Source: Dehalococcoidia bacterium | GTDB lineage: Bacteria; Chloroflexota; Dehalococcoidia; UBA6926 | Length of the DNA stretch: 64,000 nt | Assembly (NCBI GenBank): GCA_965220565.1 | Contig: CBDCQG010000001.1 | Span: forward strand, 532,297 to 596,296 | Reading direction: 5' to 3' | Shown: positions 11,226 to 20,043 of the stretch, in pieces | How positions within the stretch are numbered: the stretch's first letter is position 1 | Layout of the letters: each line of letters opens with the position of its first letter | Translations under genes and position numbers: made by a program | The notes under the pieces: model-generated | Database searches by the model: none | What the model was told of the DNA's origin: nothing | What the model saw: the letters and a program-made list of their open reading frames with translations, nothing else

Positions 11226-11858
11226 ATGCCAACCCAACTGACGATCGACGAAAAAGCCCTCATCCCCGCCATCGCGCAGGATGCGGATACCGGCGCCGTC
11301 CTCATGGTCGCCTACATGAACCATGAGTCCCTCACGCGCACCATCGAGTCCGGCCAGGCGTGGTTCTACAGCCGCTCCCGCCAGGAGCTCTGGCACAAGG
11401 GCGCAACGTCGGGCAATTTTCTCAATGTGGTTGAGATCCGACCCGACTGTGATGGCGACGTCATCCTGCTCAAGGTCAACCCTGAAGGCCCCGCCTGCCA
11501 CACCGGCAGCGAGACCTGCTTCTACCCGGACTTCGATACCTCGGACTGGCAGATGGAGCCCGCCGCGCAGGACCAACTCGGCGCGACCCTAACTGAACTC
11601 GCCATGACCGTTGCCCAGCGCAGGAAAGACATGCCTGAGGGCAGCTACACGGCCAGCCTGTTTGAGCGCGGCACGGAGCGCATCGCCCAAAAGGTCATCG
11701 AGGAGGGCGGGGAGACCGCGCTTGCGGCGATGGCCAAAGCCCGGGACCGCGTCCGCGCAGAGGCCGCCGACCTCCTCTACCACCTCACCATCCTCCTTGA
11801 GGACGCCGGCGTCTCCCTCTCAGAAGTCGCCACTGAGCTCGCCGACCGCCGCCGCTAA
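11226..11858 (+). CDS. hisIE: bifunctional phosphoribosyl-AMP cyclohydrolase / phosphoribosyl-ATP pyrophosphatase
   Basis: [40 protein letters not shown]; ATG 11226 follows an AGGAG RBS. Confidence 0.95.
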   Translation: MPTQLTIDEKALIPAIAQDADTGAVLMVAYMNHESLTRTIESGQAWFYSRSRQELWHKGATSGNFLNVVEIRPDCDGDVILLKVNPEGPACHTGSETCFYPDFDTSDWQMEPAAQDQLGATLTELAMTVAQRRKDMPEGSYTASLFERGTERIAQKVIEEGGETALAAMAKARDRVRAEAADLLYHLTILLEDAGVSLSEVATELADRRR

Positions 11859-11864
11859 CGATGT

Positions 11865-11902
11865 CCCCTCCCCCCTTGTGGGGGAGGGTTAGGGTGGGGG
11901 GT
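11865..11902. repeat. palindromic repeat (CCCCTCCCCC..GGGGGAGGG-AGGGTGGGG family)
   Basis: Intergenic hairpin; related copy inside the glycosyltransferase at 17965..18001. Confidence 0.65.
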
Positions 11903-11980
11903 GGTTCATTGCCCACCCCAATCTATCTGCGATAAACTGGCTGGTACCTGAATCCGCACTGAGTCCTGGGGGAATCATCA

Positions 11981-12907
11981 ATGCCATCACTCGCCTTCTT
12001 TGAAGGGAAAGTCGTCCCGCTTGAGGAGGCCAAACTCAGCGTCGTCACCCACGCTTTCAACTACGGCACAGGCGTCTTTGAGGGTATCCGCGGCAACTGG
12101 AACGCAGACCAGGAGCAGATGTACCTCTTCCGCGTCCGCGAGCACTACGCCCGCCTCCTCCGCTCCTGCGCCATGCTCAACATCAAGCTCCCGTACTCCC
12201 TCGACGATTTCGAGCGCATCACCCTCGACCTCGTCCAGCAATGCGGCTTCAAAGAGGACGTGTACGTCCGTCCGCTCGCGTATAAGTCCTCGGATGTCGT
12301 CGGACTTCGCGTCCATGATCTTGAGGACGATTTCCTCATCTACATCGTCCCGTTCGGCAACTACCTGGATTCCGACGCGGGCATCCGCTGCACCTTCTCA
12401 AGCTGGACGCGCATCCAGGACAATGTCATCCCGCCCAGCGCCAAGGTCACCGGCATGTACGTCGCCAACAGCCTCGCCAAGAGCGAAGCCGTCTGGCGCG
12501 GCTACGATGAAGCCATCCTGCTCACGGAGGACGGCAACGTCTCCGAGGGCAGCGGCGAGAACATCTTCCTCATCGACAACGGCGTTATCAGCACCCCGCC
12601 GCAAACGGACGGCATCCTGGACGGCATCACCCGCAACACCGTCATGGAACTTGCGCGGGACGTGCTCGGGCTTAAGGTTGTCGAGCGCACGATTCCAAAG
12701 ACGGAAGTCTATGTGACGGACGAGCTGTTCATGACGGGAACCGCCGCCCACGTCACGCCCGTGCTGGAGGTTGATGGCCGCCCCATCGGCGACGGCTCCA
12801 TCGGCCCCGTCACCGCAGAACTCCAGAAGCTCTACTTCGAGGTCGTCAAGGGCGAGCGCGACCAGTACGCCCACTGGCTAACCCCCACCTACACCCCGGC
12901 CACCTAG
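11981..12907 (+). CDS. ilvE: branched-chain amino acid aminotransferase
   Basis: YGTGVFEGIR, AKVTGMY, EGSGENIF, LDGITR, GTAAHVTPV. Confidence 0.95.
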   Translation: MPSLAFFEGKVVPLEEAKLSVVTHAFNYGTGVFEGIRGNWNADQEQMYLFRVREHYARLLRSCAMLNIKLPYSLDDFERITLDLVQQCGFKEDVYVRPLAYKSSDVVGLRVHDLEDDFLIYIVPFGNYLDSDAGIRCTFSSWTRIQDNVIPPSAKVTGMYVANSLAKSEAVWRGYDEAILLTEDGNVSEGSGENIFLIDNGVISTPPQTDGILDGITRNTVMELARDVLGLKVVERTIPKTEVYVTDELFMTGTAAHVTPVLEVDGRPIGDGSIGPVTAELQKLYFEVVKGERDQYAHWLTPTYTPAT

Positions 12908-12912
12908 CGCCC

Positions 12913-12963
12913 CCCGGTCACCCAGAGCGCCCCTCCGGTCACCCTGAGCGCAGTCGAAGGGTC
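12913..12963. repeat. short repeat (GTCACCCTGAGC..GTCGAAGGG family) with a partial tandem copy
   Basis: Related copies at 26199..26226 and 62864..62895. Confidence 0.7.
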
Positions 12964-12987
12964 TAAAAACTCCCTTTCCCCCCGCCT

Positions 12988-14442
12988 CTAGGGATCACAG
13001 AATGGCAGATCCATGCCTAAGTACAGGTCTGCTACATCCAGACCCATGGGTCCACACGTGATGGAATTACCCTTGATCTTCACTTCCAGGTTGTTTAGGC
13101 TGCCCAGTTCCACTGGAATAGGCCCCGTCAGATTGTTGTTCCCCGTAAATCGGGACAACGGCCTGCCGTGAAACAGCTCCGTGAGGTCAGGGTATGTTGC
13201 AGCCTGATCATTGTGCAGATACAGCTTCTCCAGGGCATCCATGTCTCCCAATTCCGACGGTATTTCCCCGGACAGCCTGTTGTTCTGCAGGTACAGAGCC
13301 GTGAGTTTGGTGAGCATCCCCAGTTCTTCCGGTATGGACCCCGAGAGGTCATTATTCTTGAGGTCCAATTCTCCGGCGAGACGGGTGAGATTGCCCAGCG
13401 ATGCCGGTATCTCGCCGCACAGATCGTTGTTGGCAAGCTTCAGGCTGCCGTTCAGGCCGGAGAGGTTCCCCAGCTCGGACGGGATGGGCCCGGTCAGGTC
13501 GTTGTTCTCAAGGTTGAGATACCTCAGCGAGGTCAGCCCGCCCAGCGCAGCCGGTATGTTGCCGGATATCCTGTTGTAGCCCAGGTTGAGCGTGTGGAGC
13601 TTTGAAAGACCGGAAACGTCCAGGTCCGACGGCAACGGCCCCGACAGGCCGTTGTCATAGAGGTCGATCTTGGTCACCTCGCCATTGGAATTGGTCGTCA
13701 CGCCATCCCACTCCCCAAGGGGAGCCTCAGTATTCCATTTGTTATTACCGTCCATGTCCCAGTTAGGCCCGCCGGTTGCCATGTACAGCGCCACCAGCCA
13801 CTCCTTGGCGGTGGCGGATTGCAGCGTTGGGGTTGAGGGCGCAGAGCAGACGCGTGCCGGAGCCGCAGTCGGAGCGGGTGTCGCAACGGCCGTCTGTGTG
13901 GGACGCGGGGTGGCAACCGGTGTGGCCGTCGCCGTCCTGGTCGGTCGTGGCGTCACCTCATCCTCGTCCTCGTCATCGTCGGACTCGGGTGGGTCCGGCT
14001 CAGGCGTTTCCGTGGGTTCGGGGGTGATTTCCACGGGCGGGGGCGTTTCCGTGGGTTCGGGGGTGATCTCCACCGGCGCGGGTGTCTCTGTGGGTTCGGG
14101 GGTGATCTCTACCGGCGCGGGTGTCTCCGTGGGTTCGGGAGTGGTTTCCACGGGCGCGGGTGTTTCTATGGGTTCAGGGGTGGTTTCCGCCGGCGCGGGT
14201 GTTTGTACGGGTTCGGGGGTGCTTGTGGGTGGAACGGGTGTGGGAGCAGGGGTGCTTGTCGGTGGAACGGGTGTGGGAGCGGGAGTGTTTGTGGGTGGAG
14301 CAGCTACGACCGTGGGCGCAGGAGTAATCTCCGATTCTGAGGCGCCACAACGTCCAATTGATAAGAGAAGGATGAATAACAGAATCAAGAGGACAAGAAC
14401 CGCCAAAACGACATAGCCATACCGACTTACGATACCCATCAT
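12988..14442 (-). CDS. membrane-anchored protein with Pro/Thr-rich stalk and plant-type leucine-rich repeats
   Basis: N-terminal hydrophobic helix; 24-aa LxxLxLxxNxLSGxIPxELG repeats; LRRNT-like cap (LVALY...W...WDGVT). Confidence 0.9.
   Translation of the reverse strand: MMGIVSRYGYVVLAVLVLLILLFILLLSIGRCGASESEITPAPTVVAAPPTNTPAPTPVPPTSTPAPTPVPPTSTPEPVQTPAPAETTPEPIETPAPVETTPEPTETPAPVEITPEPTETPAPVEITPEPTETPPPVEITPEPTETPEPDPPESDDDEDEDEVTPRPTRTATATPVATPRPTQTAVATPAPTAAPARVCSAPSTPTLQSATAKEWLVALYMATGGPNWDMDGNNKWNTEAPLGEWDGVTTNSNGEVTKIDLYDNGLSGPLPSDLDVSGLSKLHTLNLGYNRISGNIPAALGGLTSLRYLNLENNDLTGPIPSELGNLSGLNGSLKLANNDLCGEIPASLGNLTRLAGELDLKNNDLSGSIPEELGMLTKLTALYLQNNRLSGEIPSELGDMDALEKLYLHNDQAATYPDLTELFHGRPLSRFTGNNNLTGPIPVELGSLNNLEVKIKGNSITCGPMGLDVADLYLGMDLPFCDP
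14004..14298 (-). repeat. intragenic tandem repeats with 39-bp and 33-bp units
   Basis: About 5.5 copies of TPEPTETPAPVEI and about 2.5 copies of PTSTPAPTPVP; boundaries approximate. Confidence 0.8.
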
Positions 14443-14635
14443 GCCAACTTTCCGCCAAACGGTGCCGAGTAATTTAGCTAGGGTATTTTAGCTGTTTATA
14501 GTACATATGTCAAATCGTATGTCCGGAACTGCGGCGAACACTTGGAAGAATTAGCTACGGTTGAATAGCAATTCGCCGTCGCAAACAGGAAAACCAACGC
14601 GGCAGCGCCAACTGCAAGCAGGCTTTCAGAACCTG

Positions 14636-14857
14636 CTAATCGATATCCGGCTCCTCCCACGGAATATCGTCCGCGGAACGGCACCACCCGCACCGACCGC
14701 CCCCCGCGCTCAACTCCTCCTCCGGCGACTCATTCCCGCACCGGTTGCAGTACCGCAGCGCAGATCCTGAGTCACGACAATCCACACAGACAAACGCGTC
14801 TCGGACGTTAGATTCCCCTTCCCCCCGCCGCCCGCACCGCCCGCAGGCAAGAGTCAT
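14636..14857 (-). CDS. small protein with four CxxC pairs (double zinc ribbon), 73 aa
   Basis: CGRC, CVDC, CNRC, CGWC; ATG 14857 lies 4 nt after the upstream phosphatase stop. Confidence 0.7.
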   Translation of the reverse strand: MTLACGRCGRRGEGESNVRDAFVCVDCRDSGSALRYCNRCGNESPEEELSAGGGRCGWCRSADDIPWEEPDID

Positions 14858-14861
14858 TGGC

Positions 14862-15695
14862 CTATCCGCCCGTGTGGCGTCCTGCTGCGGCCGGTGCTGC
14901 CAACTCGGGCCGATACGGGACCTCCCGTTCCTCCGTGATCGCCAACGGATTGTCCCGCGCCAGCCTCCACGCGCGGCTCTCATCCGTCAACTCGGCCACC
15001 CTGTCAAAGCCAGCCTGCATGTTGGGCACGCGGTTCCCCGTCGCCCCGTGCGCATCCGTCGCGATCACGTGGATCATCTCCTGTTGCAGCAGGTATTCGC
15101 CCGCCTCCCGCGACCCCGGCCCATAGTGGTCAAATAGGCTGCCGGTGTTCATCTGAGCCAGCGCGCCGAGACCGATCAGGCGACGCACGATATCCGGATC
15201 CTTCTGGATGATCGTGTTGCGCTCCGGGTGCGCCAGCACAGGACGATACCCCAGCGCGATGATCGACCTGATCTCCTCTTCAACATAGTCCGGCATCGAA
15301 TTGAACGGCGGCTCCGTGAGCACATAGCGATTCTCATTGATCGTCACGCCGTTGCCGGACTCCAACTGCTCCGTGAGACTCCGCGTGATGCGTATCTCCT
15401 GCCCGGTGAGCAGCGCGACATCCAGGTTGTTTTCCGCCAGCGCGCGCCGCAGCAAGGTGACGCGGTGCCGGGATTCCTCCAGCACGGTCTGGTGCGAACG
15501 GGGAAAATTGTGCGGCGTCGTCACGATGGTTGCCGTGCCCTGGCCGTGGGCGATGCGCGCCATCTCAATGGACTCCGCCCTGTCCCGCGCCCCGTCATCG
15601 ATCCCCGGCAGGATATGGCAATGGATATCCACGAACCCCGCACCACCGTGGGAGCCGTTGCGGTGGATCCCCTCCGAGTGGTTATTCAAATTCAC
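14862..15695 (-). CDS. PHP-family tyrosine-protein phosphatase (CpsB/YwqE-like)
   Basis: DIHCHILPGIDDGA, TPH, GQEI, LAHPERN, ATDAH. Confidence 0.9.
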   Translation of the reverse strand: MNLNNHSEGIHRNGSHGGAGFVDIHCHILPGIDDGARDRAESIEMARIAHGQGTATIVTTPHNFPRSHQTVLEESRHRVTLLRRALAENNLDVALLTGQEIRITRSLTEQLESGNGVTINENRYVLTEPPFNSMPDYVEEEIRSIIALGYRPVLAHPERNTIIQKDPDIVRRLIGLGALAQMNTGSLFDHYGPGSREAGEYLLQQEMIHVIATDAHGATGNRVPNMQAGFDRVAELTDESRAWRLARDNPLAITEEREVPYRPELAAPAAAGRHTGG

Positions 15696-15699
15696 CCGC

Positions 15700-16404
15700 C
15701 TAACCTGGCCACCTGAACCGATGCACGCGGAACCCCTCCGCGTACCGGTAGCCCGGCGATTGTCCCTGCTCCTCGTGCCGGGAGTGAATCCGCTCCATCA
15801 ACCCCTCCGGGTTGCTGATCTGGCTCTTGTGCTCCCGCAGCGCCGCCACCTTCAGGTCAATGGAGTCTGAGATATCGATCCACGTGTCCGGCTCCTCGCT
15901 CCACGACCACGCCTCGGAGACGATGTGCGGCTCGAAGCCCTGCTGCGCCAGGTGCGGAAAATGGTGCACGTCGCGCGCATAGGGGTACATCGCGTCAAAT
16001 GCCGCCTGGCCGATGTTCCGGTGGTCGCGGTGATTGTGACTCCGACGATACGGATCGAACGTGAACACCACCTCCGGCCTGAAACGCCGGATCTCCCGAA
16101 CGATGTGCTCGCGCAGCTCGCGGCTGTCCTCCAGTTCGCCGTCCGGGTAGCCGAGGAACGTCACGTCCTCGATGCCCAGGACCCTGGCCGCGGCCCGCGC
16201 CTCTGCCTCGCGCGTCTTGATGAGGTCCTCCGGCTTGGTGTCCGGGTCGGCAGTGCCCGCTCGCCCGTCCGTGGCGATAACCAGCGCGCCCTCCCAGCCC
16301 TCGCGGATCCATTTGCCGATCGTGCCCCCGCACCCGAACTCCATGTCGTCGGGATGCGCGGAGATCGCCATCAACTTCTTGGGACGGCCCTGCGTATCAA
16401 CCAT
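15700..16404 (-). CDS. PIG-L/LmbE family deacetylase
   Basis: AHPDD, HRDH, HKSQ, AEGF. Confidence 0.92.
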   Translation of the reverse strand: MVDTQGRPKKLMAISAHPDDMEFGCGGTIGKWIREGWEGALVIATDGRAGTADPDTKPEDLIKTREAEARAAARVLGIEDVTFLGYPDGELEDSRELREHIVREIRRFRPEVVFTFDPYRRSHNHRDHRNIGQAAFDAMYPYARDVHHFPHLAQQGFEPHIVSEAWSWSEEPDTWIDISDSIDLKVAALREHKSQISNPEGLMERIHSRHEEQGQSPGYRYAEGFRVHRFRWPG

Positions 16405-16434
16405 GTGTGTTTGTGTCTCCCCGGTGCTAATGTC

Positions 16435-17154
16435 CTAGTCCTCCTCATCGGTTCCCATGCGACTGATCCCGTAGCGGCGAAAGTCCTCCGCGTACGCCAT
16501 GCCGTGCGGCTCGCCCTTGCGGGCCGACCACCGTCGGATCCAGTCGCCGGAATCCGGCTCAAACTGGCTCGAATGGAGCATCGTCGCCTCAATCTTTGCG
16601 TCGATTGTGTCCGAAATGTCAACGAACACGTCGGAATTCTCCGAGCCCCAGAAATAGACCTCCGCCGTCTTGTGCGTCTTCAAACCCTCTGCGTCGTGCT
16701 CCGGGAAATGCAGCCGGTCCCGCGCGAACGGGAACACCGCGTCCATCGTCACCATGCCCGTGATCCGATGATCTCGATGGATGTAGAAGCCCGTGCGGAA
16801 CGGATCGGTGGTGAGGACGATGTCCGGCTTGATGCGCCGCACGTGCCGTGTGATCACTCCCAGCAGCTCCCGTCCGTCCACCAACTCCCCGTCGCCGTTC
16901 TGGAGGATCGTCACCTCTTTCACGCCCAGCATCGCCGCTGCGTCACGTTGCTCCTTGTCACGCACTGCGGCGAGATCGGCGTTCGTCAGGGTAGGGTCCT
17001 CAGTCCCCTTGTCGCCGTTGGTCGCGACGACGTAATAGACCTCGACCCCATCCCGCGCCAGCAGCGCCACCGTTCCCCCGCACCCGATCTCCGCGTCATC
17101 CGGATGGGGCGCAACCACCAACACCCGTTCAATCTCCCCAAACTCCTCAATCAC
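16435..17154 (-). CDS. PIG-L/LmbE family deacetylase, paralog
   Basis: PHPDD, HRDH, HSSQ, AEDF. Confidence 0.92.
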   Translation of the reverse strand: MIEEFGEIERVLVVAPHPDDAEIGCGGTVALLARDGVEVYYVVATNGDKGTEDPTLTNADLAAVRDKEQRDAAAMLGVKEVTILQNGDGELVDGRELLGVITRHVRRIKPDIVLTTDPFRTGFYIHRDHRITGMVTMDAVFPFARDRLHFPEHDAEGLKTHKTAEVYFWGSENSDVFVDISDTIDAKIEATMLHSSQFEPDSGDWIRRWSARKGEPHGMAYAEDFRRYGISRMGTDEED

Positions 17155-18416
17155 AACTCGCCCCCCGCCATTTGCTTATTCCCCTCATTCCGGCGAAAGC
17201 CGGAATCCATCCGGTCAATGACACTCTCATATAAGCCCAGTACAGTCTCCGCGCTCGCCCCCCACGACATCCCTCTTGCAGCTGCCAAGGCCCGAAGGCC
17301 AAGACGCTGCCGCAGCTCCCCATCATCCAGCAGTTCACAGACGGCGCGCGCAAGGGCAGGGGCGTTTCCCGCGGGGACAAGGCGGCCCGACCCCCTGTCC
17401 TCGATGAACGACGCCGGCCCCGGCACATTGGACGCCACCACCGGTGTCCCGCACGCCATCGCCTCCGCAGCAACGATGCTGAAACTCTCTGAATAGGAAG
17501 GGACGATGACCATGTCCGCCGCCGCGTACTGCCACGACAACGCATCATTCGCCACGACTCCCGTCCACGAAATCCGTTCAGCGATACCCATTTCTGACGC
17601 AAGCGCGCGCAGCCCCGCTGCATAGTCCGCGTCCACCTCGCCGCCCACGAATCGCACACGCATCTGCGGCCTCTCGGCCAAAAATCCCGCCGCCCTCACC
17701 AGTACGTCCGCGCCCTTGATCCGGTCCAGCCGACCGACATACAGCAGCGTCTCCTCATCTCTCGGGATGCCAAGCCGCGACCGCGCCTCTGCTCGATCCA
17801 GTGGCCGAAATCGGTCTGTGTCAACGCCGATCGGCGCAACCGTGATCTGATCTCGCTCAGCCCCCAACATCGAGACGAGCGCATCCGCCTCAAATCCCGT
17901 CCACGCAACGACAGCGTCCGCACCCTGCGCAATCGCCCGCTCCGCCTCATGCCGCTCATCCGGCTCCCCCTTTGCCCCGTGGGAGAGGGCCGGGGTGAGG
18001 GCCTGATCCTTGACGGCGGCCATGGTGTGAAACGTTGTCACGTGCGGAATGCCGAACCGCCGTGACACCTCCAGACCCGCCAGGCCCGAAACCCAATAGT
18101 GCGTATGGATGAGGTCACAGCTTTCACCGAGAGCCGCCGGGATTTCCGTTGCGTACTGTTCCGCCTGCGCCACCCACTCGCTCGGGGATTCCGCAGCCGG
18201 TGAGGGCAGGTGTGCCACGCGCATCTCGTCGCAGCACACTTCAACGGAATCTGCATCGCTGTGGGCAGCAGTCACAATCGTCACGGAAATGCCGCGCCGC
18301 GCAAGCTCCCTGCCGAGCCCGAGCACATAGGCGGACATGCCGCCCGCTTTCCCCTCTCCCAATGCGGCCAACGGGTTGGAATGCAGAGCAACCAACCCCA
18401 CCGAACGAACAGTCAC
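17151..18416 (-). CDS. GT4 glycosyltransferase, MshA-like
   Basis: HSNPL..G..KAGGM..YV resembles MshA HTSPL..G..DAGGMNVYV; HTHYW, TFHT, GRL...KG, PSYSESF. Confidence 0.88.
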   Translation of the reverse strand: MTVRSVGLVALHSNPLAALGEGKAGGMSAYVLGLGRELARRGISVTIVTAAHSDADSVEVCCDEMRVAHLPSPAAESPSEWVAQAEQYATEIPAALGESCDLIHTHYWVSGLAGLEVSRRFGIPHVTTFHTMAAVKDQALTPALSHGAKGEPDERHEAERAIAQGADAVVAWTGFEADALVSMLGAERDQITVAPIGVDTDRFRPLDRAEARSRLGIPRDEETLLYVGRLDRIKGADVLVRAAGFLAERPQMRVRFVGGEVDADYAAGLRALASEMGIAERISWTGVVANDALSWQYAAADMVIVPSYSESFSIVAAEAMACGTPVVASNVPGPASFIEDRGSGRLVPAGNAPALARAVCELLDDGELRQRLGLRALAAARGMSWGASAETVLGLYESVIDRMDSGFRRNEGNKQMAGGEL

Positions 18417-19417
18417 GGAGCCTCGCTCTCACGTGCCAGCTGCCAGCGATACAACACGCGATCATTACCGCCAAGATCGTACTTGTACGGCTCATTCCCG
18501 CGCAGGAAATCGTACTCGCGTAGCCCCTGTTCAATCGCCCCGCGCAGCCCGTATGCCTTCAGCAGCAGCCCGACCGACAGATGGCGATACTCAGGGTCGT
18601 AACCACTGTTGTACAAGAGCAGCCGGTCTGCCTCCAGGAAACTCAATGTCGCTGAAACCGGCTTGCCGCCCACGTCCAGAAACGCCAGCTGCAGCGATTC
18701 CGCGTCGGCCATCGTCCGCGTCAGTGTCTCCAGGAATGACCGACGCTCCGGCGTCAGGAAATCCGACTTCGCATCACTGCTCTTGCCCATCAGCGCCACG
18801 AATGCGTCCAGGGCATCGGGCAGTTCATCGTGCTCCCTGTCATACACGCGGTATTCCGCCTCCCCGCTCGCCTCCAGCCGCCGCAGCTTGCGCCGCAGCT
18901 CATGGCGGTCCTTCTTGGAGAGACTCTGCACGTGCGCATCCCATGAATCCGGCAATTCAACATACGGAGAGACGTCCCACACGGAGCGGTCCGCCTGCCA
19001 TCCGTGCTCCGCGGCACGGGACTCCAATATCTGTGTGGACGGAGAATCGTCTCGCACGCCGATCAATTCAATGGACGCCCACCCTGCCGCCGCGCCATGG
19101 TCCAGGATCGCGTCCCAAACCGCTTCTTCCTCGCCCGGTATCGACAAGATATCCTGGTAATCCGTCACGTTGTAATCGAGTCCGAACGTCACGGCATCCT
19201 TGTTATGGTTCAAGGGAGCGATGCCCCGGAGTGAGCCGTCGCTATCCTCTCTCACGGTCAACACCGGATGCTCGTCTGTTGAGCCGCAGCAATTGATCGC
19301 CCACGCCGTCTGCCAGGGCAGGGAGAGGAAGATCGACTGCGTGGCCGACTTTGTGAACAAGTCCGGCCACTCGCTTGTGACGGCCCCAAGCGATTCCCAT
19401 TGCACGATCAGGGTCAT
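18413..19417 (-). CDS. GNAT of the CelD/BcsL (Acetyltransf_6, Fem-like) family
   Basis: ATG 19417 overlaps the folE stop (ATGA); LSKKDRHELRRKLRRL, YNSGYDP, YDFLRGNEPYKYDLG. Confidence 0.88.
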   Translation of the reverse strand: MTLIVQWESLGAVTSEWPDLFTKSATQSIFLSLPWQTAWAINCCGSTDEHPVLTVREDSDGSLRGIAPLNHNKDAVTFGLDYNVTDYQDILSIPGEEEAVWDAILDHGAAAGWASIELIGVRDDSPSTQILESRAAEHGWQADRSVWDVSPYVELPDSWDAHVQSLSKKDRHELRRKLRRLEASGEAEYRVYDREHDELPDALDAFVALMGKSSDAKSDFLTPERRSFLETLTRTMADAESLQLAFLDVGGKPVSATLSFLEADRLLLYNSGYDPEYRHLSVGLLLKAYGLRGAIEQGLREYDFLRGNEPYKYDLGGNDRVLYRWQLARESEAP

Positions 19418-19986
19418 GAGCCTGCCCCGCGTGGCGACGTCAGGGACAGGAACTCTGCCCGCGCCGCCGCGTCTTCCTTGAACACCCCGCGAAACGCCGT
19501 CGTGATCACCCGGCTCCCTGCCGCGCGAACACCGCGAATCGTCATGCACAGGTGCTCCGCCTCCACGCGAACCGCAACCCCCTGGGGCTCGAGCGCCTCC
19601 GTCAACAGGTCCGCGGCCTGGTTCGTCACGCGCTCCTGCATCTGAGGCCGATGCGACAGGCACTCGATGGCCCGCGCCAGCTTGCTGATTCCCACGATGC
19701 GGCCCGTCGGCACGTAGGCCACGTGAACCGAGCCGAAGAACGGCAGAAAGTGGTGCTCGCACATGGACGTGAAGGGGATGTCCCTGATCGTCACCATGTC
19801 CCGCGCGCCCTCGTCATACGACACCGTCAGGAAGTCGCGCGGGTCCTGCTCGATGCCGGAGAAGAGTTCGGCATACATCGCCGCCACGCGCGTGGGTGTC
19901 CTGTCGACTCCCTCACGCCTTGGATCGTCTCCAATCGCGCGAAGAATCTCCTCAACGGCGCGGACAATGCGCTCTTGATCAATCAT
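19414..19986 (-). CDS. folE: GTP cyclohydrolase I
   Basis: SMCEHH, GISKLAR, QMQER, HLCMTIRG. Confidence 0.96.
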   Translation of the reverse strand: MIDQERIVRAVEEILRAIGDDPRREGVDRTPTRVAAMYAELFSGIEQDPRDFLTVSYDEGARDMVTIRDIPFTSMCEHHFLPFFGSVHVAYVPTGRIVGISKLARAIECLSHRPQMQERVTNQAADLLTEALEPQGVAVRVEAEHLCMTIRGVRAAGSRVITTAFRGVFKEDAAARAEFLSLTSPRGAGS

Positions 19987-20043
19987 CCGGGAAAGTATCG
20001 ACCTTCCAATTGCTTAGCAGTAGTGTAGCGCACGCGGCGGCAG

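Noticed and set aside
14004-14298. Possible CRISPR array
   Set aside because: The units are in-frame coding repeats with no unique spacers, and there are no cas genes in the window.
19418-19762. N-terminal extension of the GNAT ORF given in the ORF track
   Set aside because: It overlaps folE in another frame; the ATGA-coupled start at 19417 is more plausible. The same applies to the extensions on hisIE, comEA and the PNPOx-like gene.
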